Shown in pieces: positions 61,007-64,000 of a stretch of DNA of 64,000 nucleotides (the stretch's first letter is position 1; the number at the start of each line of letters is the position of its first letter). This DNA comes from Bradyrhizobium sp. (GTDB lineage: Bacteria > Pseudomonadota > Alphaproteobacteria > Rhizobiales > Xanthobacteraceae), in the NCBI RefSeq assembly GCF_035570375.1, contig NZ_DATMLW010000198.1, positions 7,479-71,478 on the forward strand, read 5' to 3'. Position numbers and translations under genes: made by a program. The notes beneath the pieces are model-generated. The model was not told where the DNA came from and did not search any database. It saw only the letters and a list, made by a program, of their open reading frames with translations.

Positions 61007-61924
61007 ATGATCTCACGCCGTCAATTCTTCCAGTCCGTCGGTGGTCTCGGCGCGCTCACCACGTCGACCACGGCTTATGGTTTTGGTGAACCGGTGCTGC
61101 GGCTCGACGTGACTTCCTACGATATCCGGCCGCCGCGCTGGCCGGCCGATCTCGAACTCAGGATTGCCGCGATCGCCGATTTGCACGCTTGCGATCCCTG
61201 GATGTCGCTCGATCACGTTGAAGCGATCGTCCGTCGCACCAATGCGCTGAGGCCCGACATCATCGTGTTGCTCGGCGACTATGTCGCGGGCCATCACCAC
61301 ATCACGCGCCGAATTCCGGCCGAGGAGTGGGCGGGTGTGCTGGCAGGGTTGAAGGCGCCGCTCGGCGTGCACGCCATTCTCGGCAACCACGACTATTGGG
61401 ATGACCGCACCGTGCAGCGGGAAGGGCAGGGCACGACCATCGCTCGCCGCGCCATCGAGGCCGCGGGCATTCCTGTTTACGAGAACGAGGTGGCGCGGCT
61501 TGCGAAAGGAGGCCGCGCGTTCTGGCTTGCCGGGCTGGGCGACCAGCTGGCCTATCTGCCGGCGCAGCGGTTCCGTCCCGTGCGGCGCATCGGCGTCGAC
61601 GACCTCGGCGCGACGCTTGCGAAGGTAACGGACGATGCGCCGGTCGTCCTGCTCGCGCACGAGCCCGACGTCGCGGTCCGCGTGCCTTCGCGGATCGCGT
61701 TGCAGCTTTCCGGCCATACGCATGGCGGCCAGGTGCGGCTGTTCGGCCGGTCGCCGGTGGTGCCATCGCGTTACGGCAATCGGCTCGCCTATGGTCATGC
61801 GCACGTCAACTGCGATGTGATCGTCTCCGGCGGGCTCGGCTGCAGCATCGTGCCGTTCCGCCTCGGCGTCCCGCCCGAGATCGTGCTGGTGAGGCTCGCC
61901 CAGCAAATTCCAGCCTTATCGTAA
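61007..61924 (+). CDS. Calcineurin-like metallophosphoesterase with Tat signal
   Basis: SRRQFF, ADLH, LGDY, GNHD, AHEP, GHTHGGQ. Confidence 0.92.
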   Translation: MISRRQFFQSVGGLGALTTSTTAYGFGEPVLRLDVTSYDIRPPRWPADLELRIAAIADLHACDPWMSLDHVEAIVRRTNALRPDIIVLLGDYVAGHHHITRRIPAEEWAGVLAGLKAPLGVHAILGNHDYWDDRTVQREGQGTTIARRAIEAAGIPVYENEVARLAKGGRAFWLAGLGDQLAYLPAQRFRPVRRIGVDDLGATLAKVTDDAPVVLLAHEPDVAVRVPSRIALQLSGHTHGGQVRLFGRSPVVPSRYGNRLAYGHAHVNCDVIVSGGLGCSIVPFRLGVPPEIVLVRLAQQIPALS

Positions 61925-62006
61925 TTGTCACGGGCGCAAGCCGCGCTTGCGTGCGATAAGATTTTGCGCAAAACCGTGCCCTTTACCTGTGATCAAGGGG
62001 CCGGAA

Positions 62007-62456
62007 TTGACACCTATCAATCTCGACGGCGTCATCCGCGACGGCCGCCATCACATGCAGGTCCGGGTTTACTACGAGGACACCGATTTTTCCGGGATTG
62101 TGTATCACGCCAACTACCTGCGCTTCATGGAGCGCGGCCGCACCAACCATCTGCGGCTGATGGGCGCGGAGCAGCACGCGCTGTTTGCGGAAGCGGAGGC
62201 GGAAACGCCGAGCTTCGCTTTCGTCGTGCGTTCGATGAGGATCGACTTCCTGAAACCCGCGCGAATGGACGACGTCCTCGATGTGGTGACCTGGCCGCTC
62301 GCGGTGAAAGGCGCTTCCATCACGCTGGCGCAGGAAGTGCGGCGCAATGATCATGTGCTGGTCAAGGCCGAGGTGCGCGTCGCTTTCATCAGCGAGGGGC
62401 GGGCACAGCCGATCCCGAAATGGCTGCGCCACTTGATGAAGGCCGATCTGGATTAG
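62007..62456 (+). CDS. ybgC: Acyl-CoA thioesterase (tol-pal associated type)
   Basis: VRVYYEDTDFSGIVYHANYLRFMERGR. Confidence 0.9.
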   Translation: MTPINLDGVIRDGRHHMQVRVYYEDTDFSGIVYHANYLRFMERGRTNHLRLMGAEQHALFAEAEAETPSFAFVVRSMRIDFLKPARMDDVLDVVTWPLAVKGASITLAQEVRRNDHVLVKAEVRVAFISEGRAQPIPKWLRHLMKADLD

Positions 62457-62560
62457 CGGTCGTGATATGGGCGGACGCTATCGGCCGATGGGCAGAGCGC
62501 TATCGACTTTACGAACGCTGCGGATAAACTTGGCCGCCTTACCGATACCTCGAGGTCACC

Positions 62561-63028
62561 ATGTCGCGCCCACCGCTTCCGCCTTTCACCAAAGAGACTG
62601 CCGCGCAGAAGGCCCGCATGGCGGAGGACGCCTGGAATTCACGCGACCCGGAGCGGGTCGCGCTCGCCTACACCGAGGACAGCCGCTGGCGCAATCGCTC
62701 CGAATTTTTTCAGGGCCGCGCTGCGATCGTGGCGTTTCTCAAGCGCAAATGGGCGAAGGAACTCGATTATCGCCTGATCAAGGATCTCTGGGCGTTCGAC
62801 GGCAACCGCATCGCGGTTCGCTTTCAATACGAATGGCACGACAATGCCGGGCAGTGGCACCGCTCTTACGGCAACGAGCAATGGGAGTTCGACGAGCATG
62901 GCCTCATGCGCCGGCGTGAAGCCAGCATCAACGACATCGACATCGCCGAAAAGGATCGTCGCTTTCACTGGAGCGCGCCGGGGCCGCGCCCGGCGGATGT
63001 GCCTGGCCTGAGCGACAGCCCGTTCTGA
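62561..63028 (+). CDS. DUF1348 / NTF2-like protein
   Basis: [33 protein letters not shown]. Confidence 0.92.
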   Translation: MSRPPLPPFTKETAAQKARMAEDAWNSRDPERVALAYTEDSRWRNRSEFFQGRAAIVAFLKRKWAKELDYRLIKDLWAFDGNRIAVRFQYEWHDNAGQWHRSYGNEQWEFDEHGLMRRREASINDIDIAEKDRRFHWSAPGPRPADVPGLSDSPF

Positions 63029-63059
63029 TCCGCAAGGGCGCCCGCCGGAACGACAATCA

Positions 63060-63704
63060 TCAGGCGGCCGTCCTGTGGCGCGCGACTTCGGCCTTGTACA
63101 GCTCGAGCTCTTCGGCGATCGCTCTCGCGACGCTCGGGCGCGCGCGAAGCCGCTCGTAATAGGCCTTCACGGCGGGCCATTTCGTCAGTTCGATTTGCGG
63201 CGTCGCAAAGCTCCAGTTGATGGCGGTGACGAGATAGGCGTCCGCGACGGTGAAATGGTCGAGCAGGAATTCGCGACCCTTGAGATAGTTGTCGAGATGG
63301 TCGAGCCGGGAAAGGCCTTTGCAGAGAATGTAGGCCTTCACCTCGGCTGGCGCCTTCCTGTCGAGCATGGTGGAGAACAGTCCCTTGTGCAGCTCGGTAC
63401 CGATGAAACAGAGCCATTGCTGCAACCGGCTGCGTTCCATGCCGGGTCCACTGGAAATCCGCGCTCCCGGAAAGCTATCGGCGACATATTGCAGGATGGC
63501 CGCGTTCTCGGTCAGCACCTGACCATCGTCGGTGCGCAAGGTCGGCACCAACCCAAGCGGATTCACCTGCCGAAAATCCGAGCCGTCGTTCTGTACCAGT
63601 TTGGTTCTGGGATCGACCTCGAGATAGTTGGCTCTGGCACCGGCCTCGTTGAGCGCGATCCTCGTGGCCATCGAACAGGCAAGCGGTGAGAAATACAGGT
63701 CCAT
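63060..63704 (-). CDS. Glutathione S-transferase
   Basis: LYFSPLACS, NPLGLVPTL, ENAAILQY, FTVADAY. Confidence 0.93.
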   Translation of the reverse strand: MDLYFSPLACSMATRIALNEAGARANYLEVDPRTKLVQNDGSDFRQVNPLGLVPTLRTDDGQVLTENAAILQYVADSFPGARISSGPGMERSRLQQWLCFIGTELHKGLFSTMLDRKAPAEVKAYILCKGLSRLDHLDNYLKGREFLLDHFTVADAYLVTAINWSFATPQIELTKWPAVKAYYERLRARPSVARAIAEELELYKAEVARHRTAA

Positions 63705-63746
63705 GCGCATCTCCCTGGCGTTTGGGCTTGATTGACGGTGAAGTTA

Positions 63747-63810
63747 TTTTTATACTGTTTCGCACAAAATAACTCGCGTCAAGGAATTTTTTGCAAGATG
63801 GTACAAAAAA
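63747..63810. promoter_or_regulatory. Two imperfect palindromic operator boxes between GST and TetR
   Basis: TTTTATACTGTTTCGCACAAAA and TTTTTGCAAGATGGTACAAAAA; the second overlaps the TetR ATG. Confidence 0.55.
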
Positions 63811-64000
63811 GACGAGAACTGCTGTCCAAGCCTGATGCGCCATCGCCTTCGCGCGGGCGCCGCGGTCGGCCGCGCGCCTATCAGCCGGAGGTCGCGCTTG
63901 GCAAGGCGCTTGACCTGTTCCGGCGGGATGGCTTCGCCGCGACTTCGCTCGACGATCTCAGCGCAGCCACCGGGATGAATCGTCCGAGCCTCTATGGCGC
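63798..64000 (+). CDS. TetR-family regulator, runs off right edge
   Basis: Hand translation MVQK..RGRPRAYQPEVALGKALDLFRRDGFAATSLDDLSAATGMNRPSLYG (HTH). Confidence 0.9.
   Translation, partial: MVQKRRELLSKPDAPSPSRGRRGRPRAYQPEVALGKALDLFRRDGFAATSLDDLSAATGMNRPSLYG

Overview
High-GC alphaproteobacterial chromosome, very probably Bradyrhizobiaceae (judged from gene order and protein style, not from a database search). Mostly core genes: a sulfate assimilation cluster (cysNC-cysD divergent from cysG-DUF2849-cysI-DUF934-cysH), patatin-bdhA, galU, two c-di-GMP enzymes, rcdA, rpmE, a MotA/MotB-like pair, suhB, tkt-gap-pgk-fbaII-fbaI, zapA-6S RNA-ygfA-ymdB, two soluble chemoreceptors, yebC-ruvCAB-ybgC, and GST/TetR. 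Small accessory islets carry decaying genes: a frameshifted cytochrome b and SDR, a DUF1295 pseudogene and a dehydrogenase stub. No transposase, integrase, rRNA, tRNA or CRISPR array was seen. The strongest unexplained signal is non-coding: at least five families of palindromic intergenic elements. The most interesting is a ~165-bp double-hairpin unit bounded by CTAG-like ends. It occurs at 7 loci, always on the 5' side of a gene, shows compensatory stem changes between variants, and forms tandem arrays. One copy sits inside the signal peptide of the GGDEF-EAL gene and appears to have rebuilt its N-terminus. A different palindromic element between ruvC and ruvA creates a bridging ORF that overlaps both genes by ATGA. 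A ~550-nt highly structured non-coding element lies just upstream of 6S RNA. Coordinates were counted by hand, so repeat boundaries may be off by a few bases.
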